Assembly (NCBI GenBank): GCA_963754945.1
Contig: CAVWIG010000045.1
Span: 1 to 42,425, forward strand
Origin: Methanotrichaceae archaeon
GTDB lineage: Archaea > Halobacteriota > Methanosarcinia > Methanotrichales > Methanotrichaceae
Reading direction: 5' to 3'
DNA: 42,425 bases
Below, piece by piece: positions 27,611 to 38,128 of this stretch. A model generated the notes under the pieces. That model worked only from the letters and a program-made list of their open reading frames with translations. It had not been told where the DNA came from and searched no databases. The translations under genes were made by a program, and so were the position numbers. Within the stretch, counting starts at the first letter, position 1. Each line of letters begins with the position of its first letter.

Positions 27611-28123
27611 ATGAGCCCGGATCCCTGTTGCGAGAGTGCGAAAAGGCATATAATAGACGCATGCGTCCAGTCTGCCAAGATAAAAGGTTTCAGCGACGCC
27701 TGCGGCGTGCTAAGAGGAACGCTCTTCCTTTCTGACGAGCCTTTATCCCTCGATGATTTGGCCAAAACAACGGGTTACAGCAAGTCTACCGTTTGTATTA
27801 ATATTAATCTTTTAGAGAACCTAGGCATAGCTCAGCGCATAGTTATTCCTGGAGATAAACGATCTTGGTACGTGGCTGTATCAGACCCCAACTCGATGAA
27901 GGCGGTTCTTTTAACGAATATAAAAAAAGAAGCTCAGGTAATCCTCAACGCCCTCGACCAAACCGAGAGGGAGCTTGTATCCTGTGGGGCGAATACAAAG
28001 AAAATACAATCCAAAATCGCTGCCATGAGACATTTCTATAAACAGACCGACGAACTTCTTAGCCTGATAAGCAGATTTACAACTGAAGAGCTGATAGATC
28101 TTCTCAGTAAAGCAAAGGTTTAG
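27611..28123 (+). CDS. GbsR/MarR-family transcriptional regulator
   Basis: G.L.L...PLSLDDL...TGYSKSTV...L..LE..G...R...PGD.R..Y wHTH. Confidence 0.88.
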   Translation: MSPDPCCESAKRHIIDACVQSAKIKGFSDACGVLRGTLFLSDEPLSLDDLAKTTGYSKSTVCININLLENLGIAQRIVIPGDKRSWYVAVSDPNSMKAVLLTNIKKEAQVILNALDQTERELVSCGANTKKIQSKIAAMRHFYKQTDELLSLISRFTTEELIDLLSKAKV

Positions 28124-28301
28124 GATTATATTTAATATATTTGGTCTGCATAGGTATTGGATTTGCTGGAGTTTAGGTGGTCACCCTTATTCAATGGGGA
28201 AGCACCCTTATGATCGTAGGCAGAATGAGTCGGCCATCGATTCTGCACAATGCCTATTGGAAGACTTCCGGGCAGAATAACACAGTAGCGGAGATTCAAG
28301 C

Positions 28302-29780
28302 ATGAACAAGGATAGCGATAATTGGCAGGGATACGAGTGGACTGCACTCTCAGTCACTACAATAGGCACCTTACTCGTTTCTGTCCAGGAGACTGCGTTG
28401 CTCATCGCACTACCTGAGATCTTGACCCATTTGCAGACCGACTTCCTAACTATAATGTGGGCGATCCTGAGCTTCATGCTGGTCACCACCGCACTTGTGC
28501 CTGTGGTTGGCCGTCTGGCTGACATGTTCGGGCGCAAGAACCTATACAATGCAGGATTTGCAATCTTCACTCTGGGATCTCTTCTCTGCGCCCTATCTCG
28601 ACCCCAGTTCCATGGCTGGGATTTTGTGCTCTCTCGTCTTGTCCAGGGCGTTGGCGGTGCAATGCTCTTCGGAAATGGTGCGGCCATAGTTACGGATGCC
28701 TTTCGTAAAGGCAGGATTGGACTGGGCCTGGGCGTGAACCAGATCGCGTTGGCTGCAGGCTTCATGCTAGGGCCGGTAGTAGGCGGGATCTTGACCGCCA
28801 TCTCCTGGCAATGGGTTTTCCTTGTGAACGTTCCCTTGGGCATCGCTGGAACAATTTGGGGAATAATCAGGCTGCGCGAGCCGGTCTCTTTGCCTACAAA
28901 ACAGCACTTTGATTGGCTAGGCAGTTTGACCTTCGTCTTTGGCCTTGGGTCGCTTCTTCTGGCCGTATCCCTGATAGCCTTCCCGCTGATAAGCATCAAT
29001 TACATTTATGCTTTGTTTGTTTGCGCTATACTAGGTCTAACCGCATTCCTCGTTGTGGAGAGACAGGTCGATCAGCCTATGATGGACTTCAAGCTCTTCA
29101 AAAACAGGCTCTTTGCCCACGCTTGTGCAGCAAATGCCTTAAATGGGCTTGCCAGAGGAGCTGTGCTGTTTGTTCTGATCTTTTTCCTTCAGGGACCTTA
29201 TGGCCAAGATCCTCTAAGGGCAGGAATAATGATGGCCCCCTTCGGATTGGCTTTCATGCTGGTTGGGCCGATTTCAGGTTATCTATCGGATAGATACGGC
29301 TCAAGGGGTCTAGCTACTGTTGGTCTGTTGGTATCTGCTATTGGATTGGCTGGTTTAAGCACAGTCGTTAGCACCACATCTTATTGGATTCTAGCTGTGC
29401 TTATGGCCCTGATGGGTGGAGGTTCAGGGCTTTTCGCTTCACCCAACATGAACGCCATTATGTCCTCGGTGCCCCCAGAAAAGAGGGGTATAACCGCGGG
29501 TACCAACGTTATGCTCATGAACACGGGCAGCATGCTCAGCATAGCCATAGCTTTTCCATTGGTGCTCAGCCGCATACCTTTGGATGTTATGTTTCGTGTC
29601 TTCCTTTATGGCGGAGGCATGAGTAGCACGCCTCAGGCCCTATTAGATTTTGAGATGGGGACGCATGAGGCATTCTTGGTATCCTTTGCTGTAACCCTGG
29701 TCGCGGCCGTAATATCCTTCCTCAGACCTTCATTCAAACAAAGACCGCCGGTTTTATCAGCATTAGGCAGGTCTAAATGA
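28302..29780 (+). CDS. MFS transporter, DHA2/EmrB-QacA type
   Basis: GRLADMFGRK motif A, R.VQGVGGA, GPVVGG, W.WVFLVNVP; about 14 TM segments. Confidence 0.93.
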   Translation: MNKDSDNWQGYEWTALSVTTIGTLLVSVQETALLIALPEILTHLQTDFLTIMWAILSFMLVTTALVPVVGRLADMFGRKNLYNAGFAIFTLGSLLCALSRPQFHGWDFVLSRLVQGVGGAMLFGNGAAIVTDAFRKGRIGLGLGVNQIALAAGFMLGPVVGGILTAISWQWVFLVNVPLGIAGTIWGIIRLREPVSLPTKQHFDWLGSLTFVFGLGSLLLAVSLIAFPLISINYIYALFVCAILGLTAFLVVERQVDQPMMDFKLFKNRLFAHACAANALNGLARGAVLFVLIFFLQGPYGQDPLRAGIMMAPFGLAFMLVGPISGYLSDRYGSRGLATVGLLVSAIGLAGLSTVVSTTSYWILAVLMALMGGGSGLFASPNMNAIMSSVPPEKRGITAGTNVMLMNTGSMLSIAIAFPLVLSRIPLDVMFRVFLYGGGMSSTPQALLDFEMGTHEAFLVSFAVTLVAAVISFLRPSFKQRPPVLSALGRSK

Positions 29781-29847
29781 TCCTGAAGGCAATGGGGAGT
29801 CGTTTATTCGGACTAAAAGGAAAATTGACTTAATTTTAGCTTTTGAT

Positions 29848-30294
29848 TCAGCGAACTATCAAGACGGGCAGCTTTGAGTTGTGAACTACTTTTTCCGCTA
29901 CGCTTCCCATGAGGAACTTCTCCAGCCCAGTCTTTCCGATGCTGCCCATTACGATCGTATCAATCTTCTCATCTTCTGCAATCCTCAATATCTCGCTTGC
30001 AGGATTCCCCTCGACAATCTGCCTTTCACTTATAACGCCGGATGCTCTTGCTAGTTCGCTCACTTGAAGCGTAACCGCTTCTCCAGTTTCCCTGATGCTT
30101 GCCATTACGCTATCGATTGCTTCTGGGCTGACTCCTCCAAAAGGGGGGATAAAAGATGCTGAGTACTTGCCGATATCTGCAACATAGACAATAATGACTT
30201 TTCCTCCTGAGAGCTTGGCGAGTTCAATGCCGACCTTTGCCGCTTTTTCGCTAAATTTCGACCCATCAGTTGCGATAAGAATACGCTCAAACAT
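29848..30294 (-). CDS. Universal stress protein
   Basis: ILIATDGS, GNP...I, IVMGS.G.TGL...LMGSVAEKVV. Confidence 0.95.
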   Translation of the reverse strand: MFERILIATDGSKFSEKAAKVGIELAKLSGGKVIIVYVADIGKYSASFIPPFGGVSPEAIDSVMASIRETGEAVTLQVSELARASGVISERQIVEGNPASEILRIAEDEKIDTIVMGSIGKTGLEKFLMGSVAEKVVHNSKLPVLIVR

Positions 30295-30460
30295 GAGTTC
30301 ATCATTGGTGTTTGAACATGATAATTATTTTGGTGATAAACACGGATGGAGACAAGTTATCCGTAAATGAAGCCGAACACTAACCCAAGCCAGGAAATAA
30401 TTTCAATTTCAATACAAAAGGCTTGAGCTAAGAACTATAGAGGTTTTGATATGAAGATTC

Positions 30461-31676
30461 TAGTGTCGCGTCAATATTGAAGTGACATAAGGTTTAAGAT
30501 ATATTATCTTCATATCCAATGTGGGGTAATAGCAATGAAGAAATATATCGTAACGCTTACTGAGGACGAGCGCAAAGCTCTTAGCGACCTTACAGTCAAG
30601 GGAAAGCAAAAATCACAGAAGATCCTCAATGCATTAATATTGCTCGGTTGTGATGAAGGTGAGTACCAAACAGAGGGCTCGACGAATGAAGAAATAGCCC
30701 GTGTGCTCCATATAAGCATGAGAAAGATAGACCGTTTAAAAAAGCGATTTGTAGAGGGAGGTCTTGATTCAGCTCTTGAAAGAAGAACGGGAAACCGCAT
30801 CTATGCCAAGAAGACCGATGGAGATTTTGAAGCCCATTTAGTTGCATTGAGTTGCAGCGAACCACCAGATGGTTTTGCGCGGTGGTCTTTGAGGCTGTTA
30901 GCCGATAAGGTCGTCGAGCTCAACTACATTGACAGCATTTCTCATGAAGCTGTGCGTCAAATTTTAAAAAAACGAGATCAAGCCATGGCAACGCAAAGGA
31001 TGGGTAATTCCGCCAAATCAAAACGGTAGCTTCGTCGCAAATATGGAAAGGGTATTGGATGTTTATAAGCGTCCGTTTGATTCATATCATCCGGTTGTAT
31101 GCATGGACGAATCTCCAAAGCAGCTGATATCCGAGACAAGAGTACCTATTGCAATATCTCCAGGGCGGGCTGCCAAACACGACTATGAATACAAACGCTG
31201 CGGCTTATCAAATATTTTCCTTGCATGCGAACCGTTGGCCGGGAAGCGTATGGTAAAGGTCACTGAAAGAAAAACTGCGCTGGACTGGGCTTGCTTTATG
31301 GAAGATGTCGCCGCCCAATACGAACATGCAGAAAAGATAACATTGGTGATGGACAATCTCAACACACATAATGCAGGATCGTTTTATGAGAAGTTTACGC
31401 CAGATAAGGCAAAGGCGTTAATGGATAGGTTTGAATTTGTGTACACGCCGAAGCATGGCAGTTGGCTAAATATGGCTGAGATAGAGCTGAATGTCCTTAC
31501 AGGGCAATGTCTGAATAGGCGAATCGATAAAATTGAAACTGTTAAGGATGAAGTAGCGGCATGGCAGGAGTTCAGAAATAATAAAAATGCAAAGGTAAAT
31601 TGGCAATTTACTACAGCGGATGCAAGAGTTAAACTATCTAGGCTTTATCCGACACTAGATAGCTGACGCGACACTA
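30461..31676 (+). mobile_element. IS630-family element 1
   Basis: Perfect inverted ends TAGTGTCGCGTCA / TGACGCGACACTA, inserted in CTAG with TA duplication. Confidence 0.95.
30535..31666 (+). CDS. IS630 transposase (two ORFs joined by a -1 frameshift)
   Basis: HTH ORF 30535-31029 and DDE ORF (MDE, MDNL, SWLNMAEIE); A7 slippery run at ~30966-30972 leads into KNEIKPW. Confidence 0.92.
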
Positions 31677-32197
31677 GGAATAAATGGAAGCCCCAGGGGC
31701 TCTGAGAGCCAGACCCTAATACTTGTCGAGGCAGTACTGGAGGGTGCAAAAGCTTCCGGCGCAGATGTCGAGCTAGTGGATGTGTGCAAGCTGAGGATAG
31801 ATTATTGCAATGCTTGCGACGTATGTTACGCCAAAGGCAAGTGCATTCACGAAGACGATTTCGAGGGTCTCTATCGCAAGATGCTCGATAGTGATGGACT
31901 GATCCTGGCATCTCCTGTGTATTTCAGATCCGTCACCGCCCAGCTAAAGACATTGATAGACCGAATGGCTGATGCTATTCGCTGTCAGCTTCTAACCGGG
32001 AAGTATGGGTGTGCAGTTGCGACCGCAGGAAGCCCTAATTATGCAGAGGTAACGGATTACCTTAGCCGGATCATTGTAGGATTCGGCGCATCCGCGGTAG
32101 GTAGTGTTGGTGCTACTCCGTCAATTCCTGGCGATATGGAAGCTAAGAAGAATGAAGCATTCAAGCTCGGTCGAACGCTAGCTGATGCAATAAAGAC

Positions 32198-33383
32198 TAG
32201 TGCACCATAACATTAATTTTGCAAATTAATATAATGCCTGTTTAGCTTTAATCTTGCATCATTCTTCGTGAATTTCCATCTTACAGTAGTTTTTTTTGCG
32301 TTACGTTCTTGTGCCCACACCGAAGCCTCTTTGGTTAAAGTATCGATGTCTCCAATCCGACGATCGAGGCATTGCTTCGATAGGGCTGAGAGTTCTATCT
32401 CAGCCATGTTGAGCCAGCTACCTTTCTTTGGCGTATAATAATATTCGAACTCCTTAGCCAGCTCAAACGCCTCTTCAGGCGCAAAAGCATTATAAAATGA
32501 GCCTGAAGTATGCGTATTGAGATTATCCTGGACCAATCGAATGGATTCTACACCTGGATATTGCTGGGTAAGTTCTTTCATGAAATGGGCGTAGTCCACC
32601 CTTGTCCTGTGCTCCATGACACGAATCATTCTTTTTCCTGCATGAAGATCAAAAGCAATAAGGATGCAACATGTCCCGTTACGGACGTATTCATAATGCA
32701 CCTTCTTCGGACTGCCTGGTTTCATGGGTATAGGCACTAAGACATCGCCTATCAGTTGGCATGGCCTCTCGTCGAAACAAACCACAGGATGCCTCGGATC
32801 ATATGGTTGCTCGTACAGAGTTAATACATTTTCCATGTTCCAGATATATTCGCTCGTCATGCTCCCTATGCACCATCGCTGTTTGAGCCATGGCTTTATT
32901 TCATTTTTTTTAACGCTCTGCAAACGCTCATTCCTGAGATCGAGTCCACTTCCCCCAGCTCAACAAGCTTGTCGGCCAATAGATTCAGCGTCCATCTCGA
33001 TCTGCCTTCAGGCGGATCTGAGCAAGCAATGCCGGTCAGTTTAGCCTCAACTCGTGCATCTATCTTCGGAGGCGCTCCACTGCGAGATCTTTCATTCAAT
33101 GCAGATTCCAGGCCACCCTCGAAATATCTCTTTCTTATCCTCACTATTGTCGTTCTGCTCGCCTTCAATGCATCAATGATCTCCGCATCGGATTGCCCTT
33201 CGTCGGCCAGGAGCAGTATTCTTGCGCGAGTTAAACTCCTTGCAGACGACTTCCCACGACGGATGTACTGGTTCAACTCTTCTCGTTCTTTCTCTTCCAG
33301 TTTCACACAGAATTTTGTTTTTCTTGCCACGATCTATATTCTAGACCTTTTATAAGATTTAAAACTTGCGTTATGGTGCACTA
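32198..33383 (-). mobile_element. IS630-family element 2
   Basis: Perfect inverted ends TAGTGCACCATAAC / GTTATGGTGCACTA, inserted in CTAG. Confidence 0.95.
32213..33330 (-). CDS. IS630 transposase (two ORFs joined by a -1 frameshift)
   Basis: HTH ORF 33330-32896 and DDE ORF (FDE, QDNL, SWLNMAEIE); A8 run at ~32904-32911. Confidence 0.92.
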
Positions 33384-33589
33384 GGCGTACCTATCCTGAA
33401 CAAGATGTGATACATAATGAGACGCGTAAGCGCTTTAAATTGCTAGTGGAGATGAATAAAGATATTTGGACTCATGAATATGAGCATTGGAAGAAGATGG
33501 GTTGGCTTTGAGGGATTGCTTCTATGAATCCAGGGATGATCCTTTTGGTGAATTCATGGTGATTCGTGTCAGTGATTAAACCATGAGCG

Positions 33590-33643
33590 ATGATCATGAG
33601 TGAGAATCGGCAGGGATACGAGTGGATGGCTCTCTCCGTCACC
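33590..33643 (+). pseudogene. 5' remnant of an MFS paralog
   Basis: Encodes MIMSENRQGYEWMALSVT versus MNKDSDNWQGYEWTALSVT of the MFS at 28302, then loses similarity. Confidence 0.7.
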
Positions 33644-33967
33644 AAATTCGACTTATTTCCTCGTCGTTCTCACTTTGATTTGCCGTAATTTGTTGGAACA
33701 TGGTCATGCTATCGGTTTTTTTCGATAAGGGTTTCACCGGATTTTTACTTTGATTCCATTTAGTAACGTCGAAATCATTACTGGAATAATAGATTCGTCG
33801 TCCAATGAGGGTTTCGATTTAGTGTTGGTTAATGAAGCCTTAAATTCTTGCGTTAATATTTTCAATCTTTATAGTGGTTTTTTAGCATATTTCACCCCTA
33901 AATTGGCTTATTAGATTTCAATTTACCTTGTTGTTTCTAATTTTTGCGCTTTTTTAGAGAGCTTCCG

Positions 33968-35029
33968 CTAGGCTGTTTGTTTATGCACTAAATATTTCAA
34001 CTGTTCCAGGTTGTAAACGACCGAATTCATCATGAATTTTACTCCAGCTCTTGCGACAGTTGTTACATAAACATGTGCTCCCTTATGCCCCCGCTTCATA
34101 ACAGCGAAGCATCTTTCGATGTGCGATCGCGTTTTACTGATTCTCTTATTCCTCAGAAGATCTATGATTCCAAGCTTGTGACCTCTTGTAGCTTTTTTCA
34201 TGGCTGCATCATATCCTCGAGTTTTTGCACCATCATATCCCTTATCGGCGTAACGTGGTAGCCCTTCAATTCCAAGATCTACCTGACTATCGTGTACAGA
34301 AGCAGTTGTAGTCTCAAAATATCTGATAAGGTGGTAATTGGTATCGATTGAGATATGACCTTTATATCCGAAAAAGGATTTGACACCCTTTTTTGCCCAA
34401 CTTCCCTCATTTATTGGCTCTTCTTCGAGTCTCTGTGGTTTGGCCTTGTCATCAATAATATTATTTGAAATACCAATTAGCTCTTTATCAAACTCCTGAT
34501 TCAGGCTCGTACTGGTGGCTTCGGAATCTTGACCTTCCTTTTTGTCCCCGCCTTGCTCGTCTTTCTTGTTCCTCTTCCGACCTGGGTCCGAAGTTATGAA
34601 GGTTGCATCCTGGATAGTGCCATTCTTTACAGTAAACCCCATCTCATCGAGCTGCCTTTGAAGCTCATTCCAAAGATCATCGTATACGTCGCACTTAATC
34701 AAACGTTCACGGAATAGCCAAACTGTGCTGAAATCAGGAATTACTTCAGTGGTGCCAAGGAAAATACGAAAAGAGATCCTATCCGCAACCTGTCGCTCCA
34801 GTTCTGGATCTGTTAGACCAAACCAATGCTGAATTACGAGAGCTTTCACCATAATCACGATGTCAATGTTCGGACGACCTCCGCGGCTAGTTTTATTTTT
34901 GTATATCAATGGTTCCAAAAATCTGAAACGCTCCCAATTGATCAACGATCCGATCTCGGATAGATCATCTCCGAGGGCTTTTACTCGAGCATATTCTGCT
35001 CGAATGGCAAAATCAATGAGAGTCCTCAT
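33968..35029 (-). CDS. IS5-family transposase
   Basis: GGRP, DRISFR.FLG, PD.ST.W.FR, IQDAT, GYK.H, ADKGY, IER.F; TIR-like GAGGGTTTCGATTTAGT at 33807. Confidence 0.93.
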   Translation of the reverse strand: MRTLIDFAIRAEYARVKALGDDLSEIGSLINWERFRFLEPLIYKNKTSRGGRPNIDIVIMVKALVIQHWFGLTDPELERQVADRISFRIFLGTTEVIPDFSTVWLFRERLIKCDVYDDLWNELQRQLDEMGFTVKNGTIQDATFITSDPGRKRNKKDEQGGDKKEGQDSEATSTSLNQEFDKELIGISNNIIDDKAKPQRLEEEPINEGSWAKKGVKSFFGYKGHISIDTNYHLIRYFETTTASVHDSQVDLGIEGLPRYADKGYDGAKTRGYDAAMKKATRGHKLGIIDLLRNKRISKTRSHIERCFAVMKRGHKGAHVYVTTVARAGVKFMMNSVVYNLEQLKYLVHKQTA

Positions 35030-35129
35030 GAGGACTCTTATAAACCTACCATTCAGAGGGTTCCAATGAACTTACCATTTATTCTATAACTATCGAAATG
35101 TTTATATACTAACAATACTATTAGATATT

Positions 35130-36068
35130 ATGAATTCTTTTATCATCTGGGCGTTGCAACAAGTCAAAAAGAAGAACAACAAGACTGGAAATAGGCTATT
35201 GGAGATATCGGATAAGATCGATTGGGTTCCGATTCGCGGTCATCTCGATGAAATGTACAATAACAAGAGTGAGAAAGGGGGAAGGCCGAACAGCGACGTT
35301 ATTCTCATGTTCAAGATTCTAATTCTTCAGCAGTGGTTTGGCTTGAGTGATCTTGAAGCAGAAAGACAGATAGCAGATCGCCTATCGTTCATGGAATTTC
35401 TTGGGTATCCTGAGCCATTCCCCGATTCCAGCACAATATGGTTATTCAGAGATCGCATGGAAAAAACCGGGAAGAACAAGATTGTTTGGGCGGAACTTCA
35501 AAGACAGCTTGTTGCTATGGGATTAGTTGTCATCATGGGAACGATTCAAGATGCTACATTCATTGAAGCTGATCCTGGTTCTTCCAAGAAGCCACGCGGC
35601 AACGAGGCCAGAACTCGTCGCAGTAAAGATGGCACATGGGCTAAGAAAGGAAATGAAACACATTTCGGCTATAAGCTCCATCAGAAAAGCGATATCGATT
35701 ATGGTCTGATACGCGAAATCGAGACTACCACGGCATCGCTGCATGATAGTCAGGTTGATCTATCTGTCGAGAATGAAGTGGTGCTCAGAGATAGAGGATA
35801 CTTTGGGGCGGAGGCTAAGGGCGTGGATTTCACAATGAAACGCAGGACCACCGATAAGCCTCTAGGTGAGCTCGATAAGGAGAGAAATCGATTGATCAGC
35901 AAGCTCAGAGCACCAGGCGAACGGCCTCACGCAGTTATTAAAAGAGTGTTCGATTCTGGTAGAGTGCTGGTTACAACTGTTCAGAGGGTTCACACTAAGA
36001 TGATGGTGGCGGCATTTGCTTTCAACTTATATCAACTCTGCACACTGAAAAATGCCAAAGTCATCTAG
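35130..36068 (+). CDS. IS5-family transposase
   Basis: GGRP, DRLSF..FLG, IQDAT, GYKLH, RDRGY, GERP; TIR-like ends near 35056 and 36204. Confidence 0.93.
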   Translation: MNSFIIWALQQVKKKNNKTGNRLLEISDKIDWVPIRGHLDEMYNNKSEKGGRPNSDVILMFKILILQQWFGLSDLEAERQIADRLSFMEFLGYPEPFPDSSTIWLFRDRMEKTGKNKIVWAELQRQLVAMGLVVIMGTIQDATFIEADPGSSKKPRGNEARTRRSKDGTWAKKGNETHFGYKLHQKSDIDYGLIREIETTTASLHDSQVDLSVENEVVLRDRGYFGAEAKGVDFTMKRRTTDKPLGELDKERNRLISKLRAPGERPHAVIKRVFDSGRVLVTTVQRVHTKMMVAAFAFNLYQLCTLKNAKVI

Positions 36069-36261
36069 GCCGAGCGGAAGCTGTCGAAAAATGATCGAAA
36101 AAGAGTGTAATTCAAGGAGAATCGATGTCTTCAAAGCAAAAAAGGTATGAATTTCGGCGAAAACTACTCATTTCGAAGAAATCTGTTAGTAAATAGAAAT
36201 CCTCCTATAAGAGATTATATTGCCATTGGGTCATAATAAATACCAGGCTCTGATCAATGAA

Positions 36262-36561
36262 TTATGCCCTATCCGCCCCGCCCTTCTCCTTCTGCGCCTT
36301 TACCAGCCCACCGTAAGCCTTCCCCGACTCCGTCAGCACAATATTCTCCTCATGCACCTCGACTAGGCCAGCCAGCTCCAGTCGGTGCAGATGGTAGTCC
36401 AGCATGCTCTCGCCAACGGCTCGGGTAATCTCCGCCACCGTGAGCTGGCCCTCGTTCATCAGGATGATCATCTTTCTGCGAATTGGGTTTTCAAGGGCAT
36501 GGTGCACCAGCGCCATCGCTTCTGGTGATTCCGGCTTGGCTGCTTTGTGTTCATTGCTCAT
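36262..36561 (-). CDS. ArsR-like winged-helix protein
   Basis: AL.NP.RR.M, LDYHL..LE.AGLV, LTE.G. Confidence 0.85.
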   Translation of the reverse strand: MSNEHKAAKPESPEAMALVHHALENPIRRKMIILMNEGQLTVAEITRAVGESMLDYHLHRLELAGLVEVHEENIVLTESGKAYGGLVKAQKEKGGADRA

Positions 36562-36686
36562 TTCAGTCCTGATGTAGTGAGCTAATGAACTATCTCTGTT
36601 TCGGATGCCGGGTTGAAGAGAATGCTGAAATAAATGATTGATTTTGCCTGGCTTAACTCGGTTGTACGTATCTCCGGATTGCCCGC

Positions 36687-37133
36687 CTAAGTCGGCTTCT
36701 CTTCATCGGATTTGCCTTTCTTGACCAGATAGTACCCGGCAGAGAGGGCGATTATGACCGCAGCAATCCCCAATAGATTCGCATTCCCGGAGGCGCTGTT
36801 CAGCTCCAGGGTTACGACTTTCCTTGCCATAGCCGTCAACGCCACCAACAACACCATCTGAGCGTTGACGTTATGCTCGTGTTGGTATGTCTTGAAGGTC
36901 TCCAGTAGCTCTACTCCGATGACCACCAATAGGATGTTTCCGAAGGTGTTCAACAGCTCGTCGATCTCCAGGCGGCCGAAGGGTGGAGTGATCAAGTAAA
37001 GAGCCAGGTTGTAGATCAGGTCGATGGTGGCCAAGATCACTGCCAAGGCCATCGTCCAGGTCAATACAACGACAATGATCTCCTGGATCTTGTCTAGGTA
37101 ATCGCCCGTTAGTCCTCTCTTGACATCGATCAT
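36687..37133 (-). CDS. PsiE-family membrane protein
   Basis: LLV.IGVELLET...Y, VALTA.ARKV; 4 TM segments. Confidence 0.87.
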   Translation of the reverse strand: MIDVKRGLTGDYLDKIQEIIVVVLTWTMALAVILATIDLIYNLALYLITPPFGRLEIDELLNTFGNILLVVIGVELLETFKTYQHEHNVNAQMVLLVALTAMARKVVTLELNSASGNANLLGIAAVIIALSAGYYLVKKGKSDEEKPT

Positions 37134-37243
37134 TTCGAGTTCCTCAGGTTACAATCCCTTCCAGAACCGTTGCACCGTGCAGTTCTACTCTTCTACTCTG
37201 ATGCTGCTTTTCGGGAATACTGATAACTAGGGAGACACGATCA

Positions 37244-37642
37244 TCATTCCAGATTTATCTCTAATTCATCGCCATCCTTTAGGTTCAGAACCTTCCTGAG
37301 ATGCACGGGTGCGATGACCTCTACCAGATCGAGCGGATAGTTGGAGCGCTCAGACCTAACGATAGCACCCTTGATGTCGCCTATCATCACTCGATAGCAT
37401 TTGCATCCCCAAAATGTCCCATTCTCGTCCACGAATCCATCGATCTCTATGGAGTCGGCGTCAGATTGGGTGAAAGGCGCTGCAAGTTTTAGGTTTAACG
37501 TCCCCGGAGACGGATCAAAACCCAGCTTAAGGTTGAACTGCTTTCTGTATCCATCCCTTGAAATGTAGTACTGGCCTTCGCCCAGTCCGGTAATGATCTT
37601 TCCCTTGAGTTTGGTCATGCACACGCTATTATTCTCCATCAT
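37244..37642 (-). CDS. ribK: CTP-dependent riboflavin kinase
   Basis: G.I.TGLGEG.YY, LGF.P.PGTLNL, EVIAP..LR..L.L.DGD; start uncertain (37642, 37639 or 37618). Confidence 0.88.
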   Translation of the reverse strand: MMENNSVCMTKLKGKIITGLGEGQYYISRDGYRKQFNLKLGFDPSPGTLNLKLAAPFTQSDADSIEIDGFVDENGTFWGCKCYRVMIGDIKGAIVRSERSNYPLDLVEVIAPVHLRKVLNLKDGDELEINLE

Positions 37643-37941
37643 ATGCTCTTCTACCAACCTATAGGCTTTGGACAAGAAACACTTATTGTGCCTCTATATA
37701 TCCTCTATCAGTTCTTCATATTACCATCCACCAGGTTGATTCTCAAAGGTGATACAGACAGTTTCAAAATAATGCTTGGTCTTCAAAATTAATCTTTTTG
37801 CACGCTATGTATTGAAGCTTCCCGGTTATCCCGATGACGCCGTTTCAAACCTAACTCAGGAAGATTGCTCTTAATTCCAAAAGGAATAAATAGCTTAATA
37901 GAAAAAAGGAAATATTACTAAAATACCTGGGAGAATGAAAC

Positions 37942-38022
37942 ATGGCAAAAAATGTGTTCGCCTATTGGATAGGGCTTTGGGTAGCGGCTATTGTTATTTT
38001 GCTGTTTTCTGCCCAAATGTAA
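37942..38022 (+). CDS. Possible 26-aa single-TM peptide
   Basis: MAKNVFAYWIGLWVAAIVILLFSAQM*, with GGGAG upstream and an AT-rich promoter-like region. Confidence 0.35.
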   Translation: MAKNVFAYWIGLWVAAIVILLFSAQM

Positions 38023-38128
38023 GCTGAGTTAGCCCGTGTGCCAGGCGTGAATGACGAGTCTCTGAAGGTCCGATCAAGCCCTCCTGGCATCACAATATTT
38101 GTCTATTCAAATCAGGGCCAGAGGACAT

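Larger units (their letters stand above)
30451..33511 (+). pseudogene. Iron-sulfur flavoprotein / flavodoxin-family gene interrupted by two IS630 elements
   Basis: Rejoining 30451-30462, 31677-32199 and 33384-33511 gives MKILGINGSPR...CNACDVC...C...DD...ASPVYF...EYEHWKKMGWL*. Confidence 0.9.

Noticed and set aside
38030-38095. Hammerhead ribozyme
   Set aside because: No intact CUGANGA...GAAA core with the required stems.
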